This document shows, in pieces, positions 54,405-64,000 of a stretch of DNA of 64,000 bases. The stretch is from Anaerolineales bacterium. GTDB taxonomy: Bacteria; Chloroflexota; Anaerolineae; Anaerolineales; Villigracilaceae. The translations under genes and the position numbers were made by a program. The notes under the pieces are model-generated. The model saw nothing but the letters and a program-made list of their open reading frames with translations, did no database searches and was not told the origin of the DNA. The stretch is from assembly GCA_014860805.1 (NCBI GenBank), contig JACZJB010000104.1:13075-77074 (forward strand). Direction: 5' to 3'. Each line of letters starts with the position of its first letter. The stretch's first letter is position 1.

Positions 54405-55571
54405 ATGACCACAATTCGTACCCCCGCCAAAATCATTCCGCGTGCTTTCCCGGGCATCAAACCCGATGAAGTGCAGGAAATCATTATGAACAGCCGCATC
54501 AAGACCTACCCTGCGGAGACTGTCGTTTGCGTCGAGGGTGCGTTCGAGCAAACCTTTTATATGATCCTTGAAGGCGACTTTGAGGTGACCAAGAATATCA
54601 ACAATTCCGAACAGCGGCTGCTGAAAACACTGACTGCCGGGGATTTCTTCGGCGAAATGGCGCTCATCCACAACGCTGCCCGCGCCGCGACGGTTAAATC
54701 CATGACGAATGTAGTAGTCCTTGAGTTGGACAAGGAAGGCTTCGACCGCGTGTTGAAGCGCAGCCCCAGCGTGGCAATGGCCATGGTCGGAGAGATCAGC
54801 AAACGGCTAAGACAGAACGATGAGATTGCCATCGAAGACCTGCGCCTGCGCGCATCCGAACTGGCGAATGCCTATCAACAACTTGCTGAGCAGGAACTCG
54901 CCCGCCGCGAATTCCTTTCCAGCATCGCCCACGAATTACGCACCCCGTTGATGATCGCCAGCGGCTATTTACATGCGCTCAAAAGGGGAATGCTGAGCGG
55001 GGAACAGTTGACCACTTCGGTGGATACCATCTCCCGCAGCGTGGACCAGATCGTGACGCTCACTAACGACCTGCTCTTTTTGCAGGAGATCGAACTGGTG
55101 ATTCCCGAGTTCCAGCCCGTGGATATTGTCGAAGTGGTGCGCAACGTTGTCCGAAAGTATGAAGGGCGCGCGAAGGACAGGGGCGTGACGATCAAGTTAA
55201 GGGATGAGCGAAACATCCCCAACGTACAGGGTGATACGCAATCGCTCGAGAGAGCCATCACTGCCCTGGTGGATAACGCCATTAAATTCAGCGCGCCGAA
55301 CGGCGTGGTGGAAATCCGCTTTGCCAGTCAAAATAACAAGGTCAGTGTGTCGGTGGAAGACCACGGCATCGGCATAGACGACGCACTCCGCCCGCGCATT
55401 TTTGATAGATTTGTCCACCTGGAACGCAGCAGTGAAGAGTTATATGGCGGGCTGGGTATCGGCTTGTCCATTACGCGCCAGGTGATCCATCAGCACAAAG
55501 GCAGCCTGGACGTTGAAAGTCAGTTGGGTAAAGGCAGTAAATTCACCATTACCCTGTTGAAGTGGTTATAA
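54405..55571 (+). CDS. cytoplasmic histidine kinase with an N-terminal cyclic-nucleotide-binding domain
   Basis: FFGEMALIHNAARAATV (cNMP binding), SIAHELRTPL (H-box), DNAIKF, GGLGIGLSI. Confidence 0.85.
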   Translation: MTTIRTPAKIIPRAFPGIKPDEVQEIIMNSRIKTYPAETVVCVEGAFEQTFYMILEGDFEVTKNINNSEQRLLKTLTAGDFFGEMALIHNAARAATVKSMTNVVVLELDKEGFDRVLKRSPSVAMAMVGEISKRLRQNDEIAIEDLRLRASELANAYQQLAEQELARREFLSSIAHELRTPLMIASGYLHALKRGMLSGEQLTTSVDTISRSVDQIVTLTNDLLFLQEIELVIPEFQPVDIVEVVRNVVRKYEGRAKDRGVTIKLRDERNIPNVQGDTQSLERAITALVDNAIKFSAPNGVVEIRFASQNNKVSVSVEDHGIGIDDALRPRIFDRFVHLERSSEELYGGLGIGLSITRQVIHQHKGSLDVESQLGKGSKFTITLLKWL

Positions 55572-55634
55572 GCCGCAGCAAGAGGTGAACCAATAAAGAC
55601 TAGCACAGGGCGGGTGCGTTTCTCTGGAGAATAC

Positions 55635-56429
55635 ATGCAGTCCAGCCGAATACGAATCATCATCTTATCCATCATCTGCCTGATTGGCCTGGCAGCCTGC
55701 GGAAATTTGGGAGGCGGCACAGAGATACAGCAGATCGTCCTTCCCTACACACAACAGGCGCCTTACATTTCTGGCACAGGCGGGACATGCGACAATTCCC
55801 TTTATCCAGTTCGACTGGGAGCAAGCTGGGCATATATCAACTCAGGCGGACCAAATGGAACTTTTGTTTACAGCGACACGATCAGCGCGGTTCATGAAAA
55901 TGGGTTCACTCTCACCTCTCAATTCAACAATCTCACCCGCACACAGGAATGGTCCTGCGAGGCGAACGGACTGAAAGCCCTTGAATTGGGCGGCGGCACA
56001 ACCGCAAGCATCACCGCACAGGGAATGACCGCGGAGTTTAGCACCCACGACATCACAGGTATCAGCCTGCCAAAAGAATTGACGAGCGGATTGCAGTGGC
56101 AATACAACCTGTTAATCCACGGCACCATCCCCATGCCCACCGGAGAACAGGTGCAATCGAACGGAACATATTCGATCAACATGCAGGAGATGGGCACCGA
56201 AACCATCACCGTCCCCGCAGGCACATTCGACACGGTCAAAATCCAAGCCACTTCCGCCGTGGAGATCCTCGTGCCGTTTGGGGATATGCAAGTCCCCATG
56301 CAATACAGCGGAACCAGCATCACCTGGTACGCGCCCGGCATCGGCTATGTCAAATCAATTGAGAATTGGGACTTGGGGGGCAGCCCATATACTTCCACCA
56401 CTGAACTCCAGACCTATGTGATCCCGTAA
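55635..56429 (+). CDS. lipoprotein, unknown function
   Basis: IIILSIICLIGLAACG lipobox. Confidence 0.65.
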   Translation: MQSSRIRIIILSIICLIGLAACGNLGGGTEIQQIVLPYTQQAPYISGTGGTCDNSLYPVRLGASWAYINSGGPNGTFVYSDTISAVHENGFTLTSQFNNLTRTQEWSCEANGLKALELGGGTTASITAQGMTAEFSTHDITGISLPKELTSGLQWQYNLLIHGTIPMPTGEQVQSNGTYSINMQEMGTETITVPAGTFDTVKIQATSAVEILVPFGDMQVPMQYSGTSITWYAPGIGYVKSIENWDLGGSPYTSTTELQTYVIP

Positions 56430-56921
56430 TCAACGGAACAACACTTTCAACTGTTCCCCTTCGTAAAACGAACGCGCCGAGAACGGGGCATCTCCCTTGT
56501 GCATGGAATGGATACGCTCCAGCAGAACTGGCAAATCCTCCACTACAGGCAGATGAAGAAGCGCTTCTTTCTTAACCCATTCCACTGCTCCTTCCCTCGA
56601 AGCATTGATTTCGCCTTTTACATTTTCCCCGCAAATTACAAACAAACACACGCCCACTTCTCCTGCATCCACCAGCACGGTTCCGCACAACCACAAGTCA
56701 GCAGTGACACCCGACTCTTCTTCCAGTTCGCGAGCGGCAGCAGAAAGCACATCTTCGCCACGCTCCACATGGCCGCCGAGGCCGTTGTATTTACCTGCCC
56801 ACAAGCGTTTTGTTGGAGCACCTTTAATTAATAAATATTCATCCCCGCGCCGGGCAAAAATCGCCGTGCGAGGGATGAACATATATCTATCTTTGTTGAT
56901 GCCCTGGTCGGATACAGGCAT
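56430..56921 (-). CDS. NUDIX hydrolase
   Basis: GGHVERGEDVLSAAARELEEESG Nudix box. Confidence 0.85.
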   Translation of the reverse strand: MPVSDQGINKDRYMFIPRTAIFARRGDEYLLIKGAPTKRLWAGKYNGLGGHVERGEDVLSAAARELEEESGVTADLWLCGTVLVDAGEVGVCLFVICGENVKGEINASREGAVEWVKKEALLHLPVVEDLPVLLERIHSMHKGDAPFSARSFYEGEQLKVLFR

Positions 56922-56989
56922 GAGAAATTACCAGATCAAAAATTTCGCCACGGAGCGTTTTCAAAAAATCTCCGTGGCGAAAAACTTAA

Positions 56990-58408
56990 CTAATCTGCCA
57001 GATCGCTGACATCTTCGGCAACAGCATCCTGCTTCACATAATTTGCAAGCACGGGAGCAACCTTCGCGGATGTGATGAATTTATCTGTGTACTGTCTGGT
57101 ATCCTTCACGCCAAGCAGGTTGAATAATTTATCGAACTGCGCTTCCCATGCCTTGCTGAGTTTTTCCTTTTCAGCTTCAGGCAGAGCATAGGACTTGGCT
57201 TTGAAGGGGCCGACTGCGTTCTTGCGGGTCTTGTAATAGAACTGTTCATCGGTCATGCCAGGTTTGCGGTCCCCTGCATTGTTGACATCCAGCCAGGCAT
57301 ACATTTCCTTCTTGAAATCCGCAGGCACGTTATCGAAGAACATGGTGGTGAAATTAGTGGCGAGATGCACTTCAATGGCTTCATTTTGCACGAATTTGTT
57401 AAAGTTTTCTTCCGCAACTGTGGATGCGCCATGTTGAACCGTTCCGCCCATGCCATAATCCTTGCGGGCAACGCGGCTCAAGTCACGCAGGACGTCGAAA
57501 GCAATGGTCACTTCTGCAATGGAACCATCCGCAAGGACTGTTCCGCCGTGTGAGGTGCCGGTCAAAACGCTGATCTTGCTCAGGCCGGGTTTACCGGGGG
57601 CGAGTTTCTGCAAGTTTGTATTGTACGCATCCATATAAGCGCGCAGTTCGGGCTCTGTAGAGTTGGTGGTGCCCACTTCGCCGATCTCACCGCCAATGGA
57701 AATGGTCACGCCTGCGGGTTCGTTGGCACGAATGAAGGCAGAGAGTTCCGCAGAAAGCCTGCTATTCAAGGCTTGCTGTTCAGCAACTGTCGGGAGGTGG
57801 ATATCCACAAGAGTGGACGTATCGACATCAATGTTATAGAAGCCGGCGGCAATCGCCTCGAGGGAAAGATCACGCACGGCTTGTAATTCAGCTTCAGAGT
57901 CGGTTGCGTAGCGCTTGGCAGAGACCTGGAAGTGGTCACCTTGAATGAAAACGGGGCCGACAAACCCTTCAGCAATGGCAGCAGCGAGAATGTTGGTGGC
58001 ATATTCCGAAGGACGCTGGGCAGAATAGCTCATCTCAGAGCGTGCCAGTTCAAAGATGAAAGCACCCGCGTTGATCTTGTTCGCAGCGCGGAACATGGCA
58101 CAGGCCGCATGAAAAGACAGCGCCCGAAGGTTGAATGCGGGGGTTGTGAAGGTCATGGGGGCATCGCCTCTTCCACGAGCCATGTAGAGTTCGTGAATGG
58201 AGGCGGGATACACGCCTAATTCCAAAGCGGCGGCACGGATCAAGTAACGGGACCAGCCCGCAGATGAGTCAGAGGCGAGCGCGGAGCGTTCCACCAGTTT
58301 GCCGATATTCTTTTTGAATTTATTCGCGTCGAGTACTTTTACGTTCGCCCCATCAACAGACAGGCTGTTGTCAACTAATTCAATCAATTCCTTAATCGTG
58401 TTAGACAT
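56990..58408 (-). CDS. class II (metal-dependent) ketose/fructose-bisphosphate aldolase family protein, long form
   Basis: PAFNLRA, IQGDHFQ, IDVDTS, GGEIGEVG, GTSHGG, VQHGAST at the expected signature positions. Start at MSNTIKE. Confidence 0.7.
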   Translation of the reverse strand: MSNTIKELIELVDNSLSVDGANVKVLDANKFKKNIGKLVERSALASDSSAGWSRYLIRAAALELGVYPASIHELYMARGRGDAPMTFTTPAFNLRALSFHAACAMFRAANKINAGAFIFELARSEMSYSAQRPSEYATNILAAAIAEGFVGPVFIQGDHFQVSAKRYATDSEAELQAVRDLSLEAIAAGFYNIDVDTSTLVDIHLPTVAEQQALNSRLSAELSAFIRANEPAGVTISIGGEIGEVGTTNSTEPELRAYMDAYNTNLQKLAPGKPGLSKISVLTGTSHGGTVLADGSIAEVTIAFDVLRDLSRVARKDYGMGGTVQHGASTVAEENFNKFVQNEAIEVHLATNFTTMFFDNVPADFKKEMYAWLDVNNAGDRKPGMTDEQFYYKTRKNAVGPFKAKSYALPEAEKEKLSKAWEAQFDKLFNLLGVKDTRQYTDKFITSAKVAPVLANYVKQDAVAEDVSDLAD

Positions 58409-58522
58409 GCTATGCTCCTGAGAAAAAAATGATAACTTGATTATAACTGGAATTAAACGATATAATGGAAAAGTCGTGAGACGATTTGACAACAACCACG
58501 TATATTATGCCAGGAGGCTCAA

Positions 58523-59047
58523 ATGAGTGATTTCTTTGAAAAAGTAAGCAGTCAGGTCGATCCATTCAAGAAGCTCGGCTCGTACATTCCAGGTTTCAGC
58601 GGGTATATCGAAAGACAGAATCGCCGCGACGCAGACAAATTACTGCGCGAAACCGTGGCGCGCCGCTTTGAGGAACAATGGAGCCGCGCATCCAATATGC
58701 AGGCTGAACTGGTGAGCAACGGCATGCTCAAGTACGTGGATGATATGGAAAAAGCAGCGCTTGTGATGCGCACCTTCATCGACAAGATCAGCATGGCGTC
58801 ACGCGGGTATTCCGGGCTGTTCGATGCCGTGAAGATCAACGAAAAAGAACTCGAGGCGATCTATCAATTTGATGCAGCTTTCTTCGATCTTGGCGATCAG
58901 ATCGGCTCTGCGCTGAATAACGTGGAAGCCAGCCTGAGCGATGAAGAAGCCCTGCCCGCCGCCATCCGCAACCTGACCAGCCTTTCGCGCCTGGCAGTTG
59001 AAACTTTCGAACGCCGCTCTGAGATCGTTACAGGCAGCGGACAATAA
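58523..59047 (+). CDS. hypothetical protein (174 aa, helical)
   Basis: RBS AGGAGG. No motif recognised. Confidence 0.55.
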   Translation: MSDFFEKVSSQVDPFKKLGSYIPGFSGYIERQNRRDADKLLRETVARRFEEQWSRASNMQAELVSNGMLKYVDDMEKAALVMRTFIDKISMASRGYSGLFDAVKINEKELEAIYQFDAAFFDLGDQIGSALNNVEASLSDEEALPAAIRNLTSLSRLAVETFERRSEIVTGSGQ

Positions 59048-59061
59048 TTTGTATTGGAATT

Positions 59062-59090
59062 TGCAGGGACGGGGATCACCCGTCCCTGCA
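59062..59090 (+). other. 11-bp-stem hairpin between the hypothetical gene and the XDH operon
   Basis: TGCAGGGACGG-GGATCAC-CCGTCCCTGCA. No T-run follows. Confidence 0.4.
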
Positions 59091-59095
59091 GCATA

Positions 59096-60514
59096 ATGAA
59101 TCCTATGTGGCAAGACTATATCAACGCAACCTCCACTGATGAGGTCATCAAAATTCTGGCGGATAAGAAAGAGCGCGCCCGCATCGTTGCCGGCGGCACA
59201 GACCTTATCCTCGAACTAGAACGCGGTGCTCGCAAAGGCATTGAAGTGCTCATCGATGTATCGCGCATCCCCACCCTTCAACAGATCACCATAGACGAAG
59301 ACGACGTCATTCATCTTGGGCCGCTCGTCACACACAACGACTGCGCCGCATCCAAAGTCATTCGCGACAAGGCTTATCCGCTGGCGCGCGCGGCCTGGGA
59401 AGTCGGCGCTCCGCAGATCCGCAACCGCGGGACCGTGGCAGGCAATCTCATCACTGCTTCACCCGCCAACGACACCATCACTCCACTGATGGCGCTCGAT
59501 GCAAGCGTCACCCTTCTTTCCACTCACGGTGAACGCACCGTCCCACTAAAAGAGTTCTATACAGGCGTCCGCAAAAATGTGATGCAGCCAGATGAAATGC
59601 TGGTGGATATTTCCTTCCAGGCACTGACAAAAAAGCAGCGCGGGACTTTCATCAAACTGGCTTTGCGTCGCGCGCAAGCCATCTCTCTTGTGAATGCAGC
59701 GATCATCCTCGACCTCAAGGAGGATACCGTCAAATCAGCATCCATTACACTGGGAGCAGTAACTCCCATCATTACCCACGCTGTGGAGGCGGAAGAATTC
59801 CTTGCAAAGAAAAAACTGACTGATAAAAATATTGCCAAAGCCGCCGAGCTTGCTGTAACCGCAGCCCATCCCATTGACGACGTACGCGGATCTGCCGCCT
59901 ACCGCAGAGAAATGGTACGGGTCATCACATCTCGCGGGCTGACCGCCATCCGTGATAAAACCGAAAAAGAAGGCATGCCAAAGAAACCGATTCTTTTGCA
60001 GGGGAAAAAGAACGCAGATCACGAGGCAATGACGACAAGCGAATTCCCACGCTCCGCAATTGAAACAACGATCAATGGAAAAAAATACTCCTTCACCAGC
60101 GGGCACGATAAGACATTATTACGCCTGCTTCGCGAAGAAGGCATGTTAACCGGCACAAAGGAAGGCTGCGCTGAAGGTGAATGCGGCGCATGTACCATAT
60201 TCCTGGATGGGCAGGCTGTAATGTCCTGCCTCGTCCCTGCCCCCCGCGCACATGGAGCAGAGATTGTCACCGTGGAGGGTCTTGCAAACGGCAAAGGCCT
60301 CCATCCCGTGCAGGCAGCCTTTATTGAACACGGTGCTGTCCAATGCGGATATTGCACGCCCGGCTTCCTCATGTCCGGCGCAAAATTGATGGAAGAAAAG
60401 AACAACCCGACCAGGAATGAGATCGAACAGGCGATCACTGGAAACCTGTGTCGATGCACCGGTTATTACAAGATCATCAAAGCGCTTGAAGACGCGAGCA
60501 AAACAAAAGCTTAA
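59096..60514 (+). CDS. xanthine-dehydrogenase-family FAD-binding subunit fused to the [2Fe-2S] small subunit (CoxM-CoxS-like fusion)
   Basis: AGGTDL, GTVAGNL (FAD domain). C-terminal GCAEGECGACTI and QCGYCTPG...NLCRCTGY. Confidence 0.85.
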   Translation: MNPMWQDYINATSTDEVIKILADKKERARIVAGGTDLILELERGARKGIEVLIDVSRIPTLQQITIDEDDVIHLGPLVTHNDCAASKVIRDKAYPLARAAWEVGAPQIRNRGTVAGNLITASPANDTITPLMALDASVTLLSTHGERTVPLKEFYTGVRKNVMQPDEMLVDISFQALTKKQRGTFIKLALRRAQAISLVNAAIILDLKEDTVKSASITLGAVTPIITHAVEAEEFLAKKKLTDKNIAKAAELAVTAAHPIDDVRGSAAYRREMVRVITSRGLTAIRDKTEKEGMPKKPILLQGKKNADHEAMTTSEFPRSAIETTINGKKYSFTSGHDKTLLRLLREEGMLTGTKEGCAEGECGACTIFLDGQAVMSCLVPAPRAHGAEIVTVEGLANGKGLHPVQAAFIEHGAVQCGYCTPGFLMSGAKLMEEKNNPTRNEIEQAITGNLCRCTGYYKIIKALEDASKTKA

Positions 60515-60523
60515 GAGGTAGAT

Positions 60524-60946
60524 ATGGGCAAATATAGAAGTTCAGCGGTACGCAGGGAAAAGCCAAAAGATCAAGGTCCGCACGTTATCTGGCGCGGACT
60601 GGGATGCCTGATGATGATTATTATTCCGCTTATCTCTTTTGCATCTTCCTATGAACTTGTCAATTATGGTCTGTCAAATGAATGGAGTATTCCATATCAA
60701 CTGCTTGGCACGCCAAAGCTGCCGGAATTCATTTACAAGTCAGACGCTCTCTGGACAGTCTTCAAGCCCATTACCGAGATCCAGCACTTCTACGCCTATC
60801 TAGCCATCGGCATATTGATCATGATCCTGCTCAGCGGATTTATCTCCGTGGTGTACGCCATCATATATCGCATCCTTGGCCCCGCCCGTTGGGGACCTTT
60901 GGATATGCCGCCTCCAAAATTCAAATCCAAAAAATATACACGCTAG
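60524..60946 (+). CDS. two-TM membrane protein encoded between the XDH subunit genes
   Basis: LGCLMMIIIPLISFA and YLAIGILIMILLSGFISVVYAII. Confidence 0.55.
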   Translation: MGKYRSSAVRREKPKDQGPHVIWRGLGCLMMIIIPLISFASSYELVNYGLSNEWSIPYQLLGTPKLPEFIYKSDALWTVFKPITEIQHFYAYLAIGILIMILLSGFISVVYAIIYRILGPARWGPLDMPPPKFKSKKYTR

Positions 60947-60952
60947 GAAACC

Positions 60953-63145
60953 ATGTCTAAAAATTCCGTTGGAAAATCTCACCCGCGTGTGGATGCACGC
61001 GGCAAAGTCACCGGCGAAACCCTTTACTCCGGTGACCTGACAAGGAAGGACATGCTGCACATGAAAATCCTCATGGCAGAACGTCCGCATGCCCGCGTCC
61101 TTGCTATTCGCACCGAAAAAGCCCTGGCAGCGCCGGGCGTTGCGGCCGTCTACACGGCGAAAGATGTACCGGTCAATGAATACGGCTTGCAAATTCCCGA
61201 CCAGCCTGTATTGTGCGGACCGGGCGCCAAAAAGCCATACACCGACATCGTCCGCTTTGTAGGAGACCAGATCGCTGTTGTGGTAGCCAACACCGAGGCG
61301 GAGGCAGCCGCCGCAATCAAGCTCATTGAAGTGGATTATGAAGACCTTCCGCCTCTTACTGACCCGAAAGCTGCCATGCGTCCCGATGCGCCCATCCTAC
61401 ACCCAGACAGGGGCGACACAAACATTTGCGTCCATTACAAGATCCGTAAAGGAGATGTGGACAACGCCTTCGCCAAAGCCGATGTGATCGTGGAAGGTGA
61501 ATATCACACTCCTGTTCAGGAACATGCCTACTTGCAGCCTGAAGCAGGTCTCGCGTATATTGACGAAAACGGGCTCGTCACCGTGGAAGCAGCCGGGCAG
61601 TGGACTCACGCAGACCGCGAAGCCATTGCACATGCCCTGGATCTACCAAATGAAATGGTCCGCGTGATCTACCCCGCCATTGGCGGCGCATTCGGCGGAC
61701 GGGAAGATATGTCCGTGCAGATCGTGCTGGCGCTAGCTGCATGGAAGTTACAAAGGCCGATTAAGATTGTCTGGTCGCGCCGCGAATCCATGATCGGACA
61801 CGGCAAACGCCACGAAGCTTATCTCACAGCCAAGTGGGGCGCTACCAGAGATGGAAAACTCGTCGCAGCAGAATCAACTTTGGTCGGGGATGGAGGCGCA
61901 TACATGTACACCTCCAACAAGGTGCTCGGCAACGCAGCCATTACGTCCACTGGTCCATATTTCATTCCAAATGTTAAAGTAGATGTATACGGGGTGTACA
62001 CCAACAATGTCCCCGGTGCGGCGTTCCGCGGGTTTGGCGCGCCGCAAGCTCTGTTCATGGCCGAATCACAAGTAAATAAACTTGCTGAAAAACTCGGCAT
62101 GGATCCCGTGGAATTCAGGCTGATCAATGCTTTGCGCGACGGCGACACCATGAGCGTGGGCACGCCCGCCCCCAACCCGGTCAGCGCTGTGGAATGTATC
62201 GAAGCCGCGCGCGATAAATTTGGCTGGAAGAAAAAGAAAAGTAAGACTCAACAGAAAAAGAAATTACCTGCTGTGGTTCGCGGGCGGGGGTTTGCAGCTG
62301 GCTTCAAAAATGTCGGCTTTTCCTTTGGCTATCAGGAAAACTGCTGGGCCAAGGTTGAAATTCATGGCAACGGAAAGATGGAACGCGTAGTTCTGCATCA
62401 CGCTGGCGCAGAAGTTGGACAGGGCACACACACAGTGATGATCCAGATGGCCGCACATGTATTGGGAATTCCTGAAAGCCTGGTGGAAATACGCACTTCC
62501 GACTCGGCGACTCAAGGCAACCCGGGTTCCGCTTCCGCTTCGCGCCTGACCTTTATGGCTGGCAACTCCATCAAGGGAGCCGCAGAAGCCGCCCTGAAAA
62601 AATGGAACGAAGAGGAACGTCCTGCAATTGCAGAGTTCAAATACCTCGCCCCGCGCACAACTCCGTTCGACAAGGAAACGGGATATTCCATGCCCAACTT
62701 CCAATATGCGTACGTGGCTCAAGCCGCCGAGGTGGAAGTCGATACGGAGACCGGTCACCTGCGTGTGATTCGAATCACATCTGCGGATGATGTCGGTAAA
62801 GCCATCAATCCTGAATTGGTGGTCGGCCAAATTGAAGGCGCGGTGGTACAGGCGCATGGTTATGCTGTAATGGAAGAATTCAAAACAAAAAGCGGCAAGG
62901 TTCTCACAGACCAGCTCAGCACCTATCTCATCCCTACGATATGGGATATTCCTGAAAAAGTAGATTCGGTAGTTGTGGAAGTTCCAGACCCGAACGGCCC
63001 ATGGGGCGCGCGAGGGATGGGCGAGCTGCCTTTCCTGCCTGTAGCTCCAGCCATTGCTGCCGCCATTCATGATGCAACCGGTGTATGGATGAGTGAATTC
63101 CCCTTTACGCCAGAGCGCATATTAAAGGCTCTTGGAAAAATATAA
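60953..63145 (+). CDS. xanthine dehydrogenase/aldehyde oxidase-family molybdopterin-binding large subunit
   Basis: VDARGKVTGETLYSGD, GGAFGGRED, GAAFRGFGAPQ, GQGTHT, GMGELP. Confidence 0.9.
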   Translation: MSKNSVGKSHPRVDARGKVTGETLYSGDLTRKDMLHMKILMAERPHARVLAIRTEKALAAPGVAAVYTAKDVPVNEYGLQIPDQPVLCGPGAKKPYTDIVRFVGDQIAVVVANTEAEAAAAIKLIEVDYEDLPPLTDPKAAMRPDAPILHPDRGDTNICVHYKIRKGDVDNAFAKADVIVEGEYHTPVQEHAYLQPEAGLAYIDENGLVTVEAAGQWTHADREAIAHALDLPNEMVRVIYPAIGGAFGGREDMSVQIVLALAAWKLQRPIKIVWSRRESMIGHGKRHEAYLTAKWGATRDGKLVAAESTLVGDGGAYMYTSNKVLGNAAITSTGPYFIPNVKVDVYGVYTNNVPGAAFRGFGAPQALFMAESQVNKLAEKLGMDPVEFRLINALRDGDTMSVGTPAPNPVSAVECIEAARDKFGWKKKKSKTQQKKKLPAVVRGRGFAAGFKNVGFSFGYQENCWAKVEIHGNGKMERVVLHHAGAEVGQGTHTVMIQMAAHVLGIPESLVEIRTSDSATQGNPGSASASRLTFMAGNSIKGAAEAALKKWNEEERPAIAEFKYLAPRTTPFDKETGYSMPNFQYAYVAQAAEVEVDTETGHLRVIRITSADDVGKAINPELVVGQIEGAVVQAHGYAVMEEFKTKSGKVLTDQLSTYLIPTIWDIPEKVDSVVVEVPDPNGPWGARGMGELPFLPVAPAIAAAIHDATGVWMSEFPFTPERILKALGKI

Positions 63146-63150
63146 TAAAG

Positions 63151-63180
63151 ACACAGGGGCGCAATACCGCGCCCCTGTGT
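63151..63180. other. 12-bp-stem hairpin after the XDH large subunit gene
   Basis: ACACAGGGGCGC-AATACC-GCGCCCCTGTGT. On the plus strand an A-run follows, not a T-run, so terminator function is uncertain. Confidence 0.4.
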
Positions 63181-63186
63181 AAAAAA

Positions 63187-64000
63187 ATGTCCTTTCCCTT
63201 TCTTGATGAAACCAGAGAATTAAATGAAAGCACCCGCAGAGAGACGGCGGGATCATTCATTGCGCTCCCGCAAGGAGTTACGCATTACGAACTTGGCGGA
63301 CCCGAAGACGGGAAGCCCATTGTGCTGGTGCATGGATTCTCTGTCCCATTTTTTATCTTTGACCCGCTCTTTGATTTCCTGACAAATGCAGGTTTTCGAG
63401 TCCTGAGATACGATCTACTGGGGCGCGGTTACTCTGACAAACCCCGCCTGCACTATGATATCCACTTGTTCGTAAAGCAGCTCAAAGATTTGCTGGATGC
63501 GCTTGGGATGACCAACATCGCCCTGCTTGGGCTTTCCATGGGCGGACCCATCACTGCCGCCTTTATCGAACAGCACCCGCGCTTTGTGCGCAAACATATT
63601 TTGATCGACCCATCAGGCGCAAAAGGCGTTGAGCTGAGCCAACTTCTAAAAATGACGAAACTGCCCGTTCTTGGCGAGCTGCTCATTGGCTTGTTTGGAA
63701 GCAAAAATATGATCAAGGGCATCGCTTCTGATTTTTTTGATCCGAAATTGGTGGAGACGTTTCAAGAAAAATATAAGACGCAAATGGAATTCAAAGGTTT
63801 TAAGCAAGCTATCCTCTCCACCATGCGGAACGGCATGTTGGATTCGTTCCTTGAAACCTATAAAAAGGTCGGCGCGCTCAAGAAACCAACCCTGATCTTT
63901 TGGGGCAAAAATGACAAAACCACTCCTTACAAAGATCATACATTGATCCTGCAGGCCCTGCCCCACGCCGAATTCCACGCCATTGAAAATTGCGGTCACA
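63187..64000 (+). CDS. alpha/beta-fold hydrolase (5' partial; runs off the right edge)
   Basis: Hand translation: MSFPFLDETREL...VLVHGFS...GLSMGG (nucleophile elbow)...ENCGH. Absent from the ORF track because no stop lies within the window. Confidence 0.8.
   Translation, partial: MSFPFLDETRELNESTRRETAGSFIALPQGVTHYELGGPEDGKPIVLVHGFSVPFFIFDPLFDFLTNAGFRVLRYDLLGRGYSDKPRLHYDIHLFVKQLKDLLDALGMTNIALLGLSMGGPITAAFIEQHPRFVRKHILIDPSGAKGVELSQLLKMTKLPVLGELLIGLFGSKNMIKGIASDFFDPKLVETFQEKYKTQMEFKGFKQAILSTMRNGMLDSFLETYKKVGALKKPTLIFWGKNDKTTPYKDHTLILQALPHAEFHAIENCGH

Noticed and set aside
62264-63070. 268-aa minus-strand ORF
   Set aside because: It is antisense to the XDH large-subunit gene, which has clear family signatures.

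Overview
This 64-kb window is chromosomal bacterial DNA. Gene content and the style of its intergenic repeats suggest a Chloroflexota/Anaerolineae-like organism, but that is inference only. I support about 60 CDS, one tRNA-His, and no rRNA, CRISPR array, transposase, integrase or phage structural genes. Most of the window is housekeeping. It holds a SEDS-PBP fusion, ferredoxin, SOD, gntK, ybaK, malQ-glgA, hisS, a complete SUF Fe-S operon (sufCBD / H1-like protein / sufS-sufU-Rieske) with a separately placed sufR-DUF59 pair, a class II aldolase, a xanthine-dehydrogenase-family operon, and two-component signalling genes.

Four regions stand out:

1. **7.9-17.0 kb, integron-like cassette array.** This visibly AT-richer block holds co-oriented, functionally unrelated small ORFs. 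Almost every ORF is followed by a 150-270 bp element that starts with RYYYAAC-AAAGCG and ends with CGCAAGCC-GTTRRRY. I read it as an integrase-less integron cassette array (CALIN type) with unusually long, mosaic attC sites.
2. **38.4-44.8 kb, multihaem/sulfur operon.** An ArsR regulator is followed by an octahaem tetrathionate-reductase-family cytochrome c, a 7-haem cytochrome c fused to a cytochrome b (CbcL-like), a split YeeE/YedE permease, and a Cys-less rhodanese domain. This is a candidate uncharacterised respiratory sulfur module.
3. **47.4-52.7 kb, unknown-function block.** A translationally coupled pair (NdpA/YejK-like nucleoid-associated protein plus a 542-aa C-terminally membrane-anchored protein) is followed by several unknowns and an APH-type kinase.
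4. **30.7-36.5 kb, segment inside the suf promoter region.** Two giant secreted-protein genes sit exactly in the divergent sufR/sufC promoter region and are flanked by a 27/28-identical 28-bp direct repeat.

A dispersed family of REP-like mini-hairpins and CGCTCCGCTCAGGA-type repeats fills several intergenic regions. One copy lies in-frame inside a CDS. All functional calls come from reading motifs by eye, and no database search was run.
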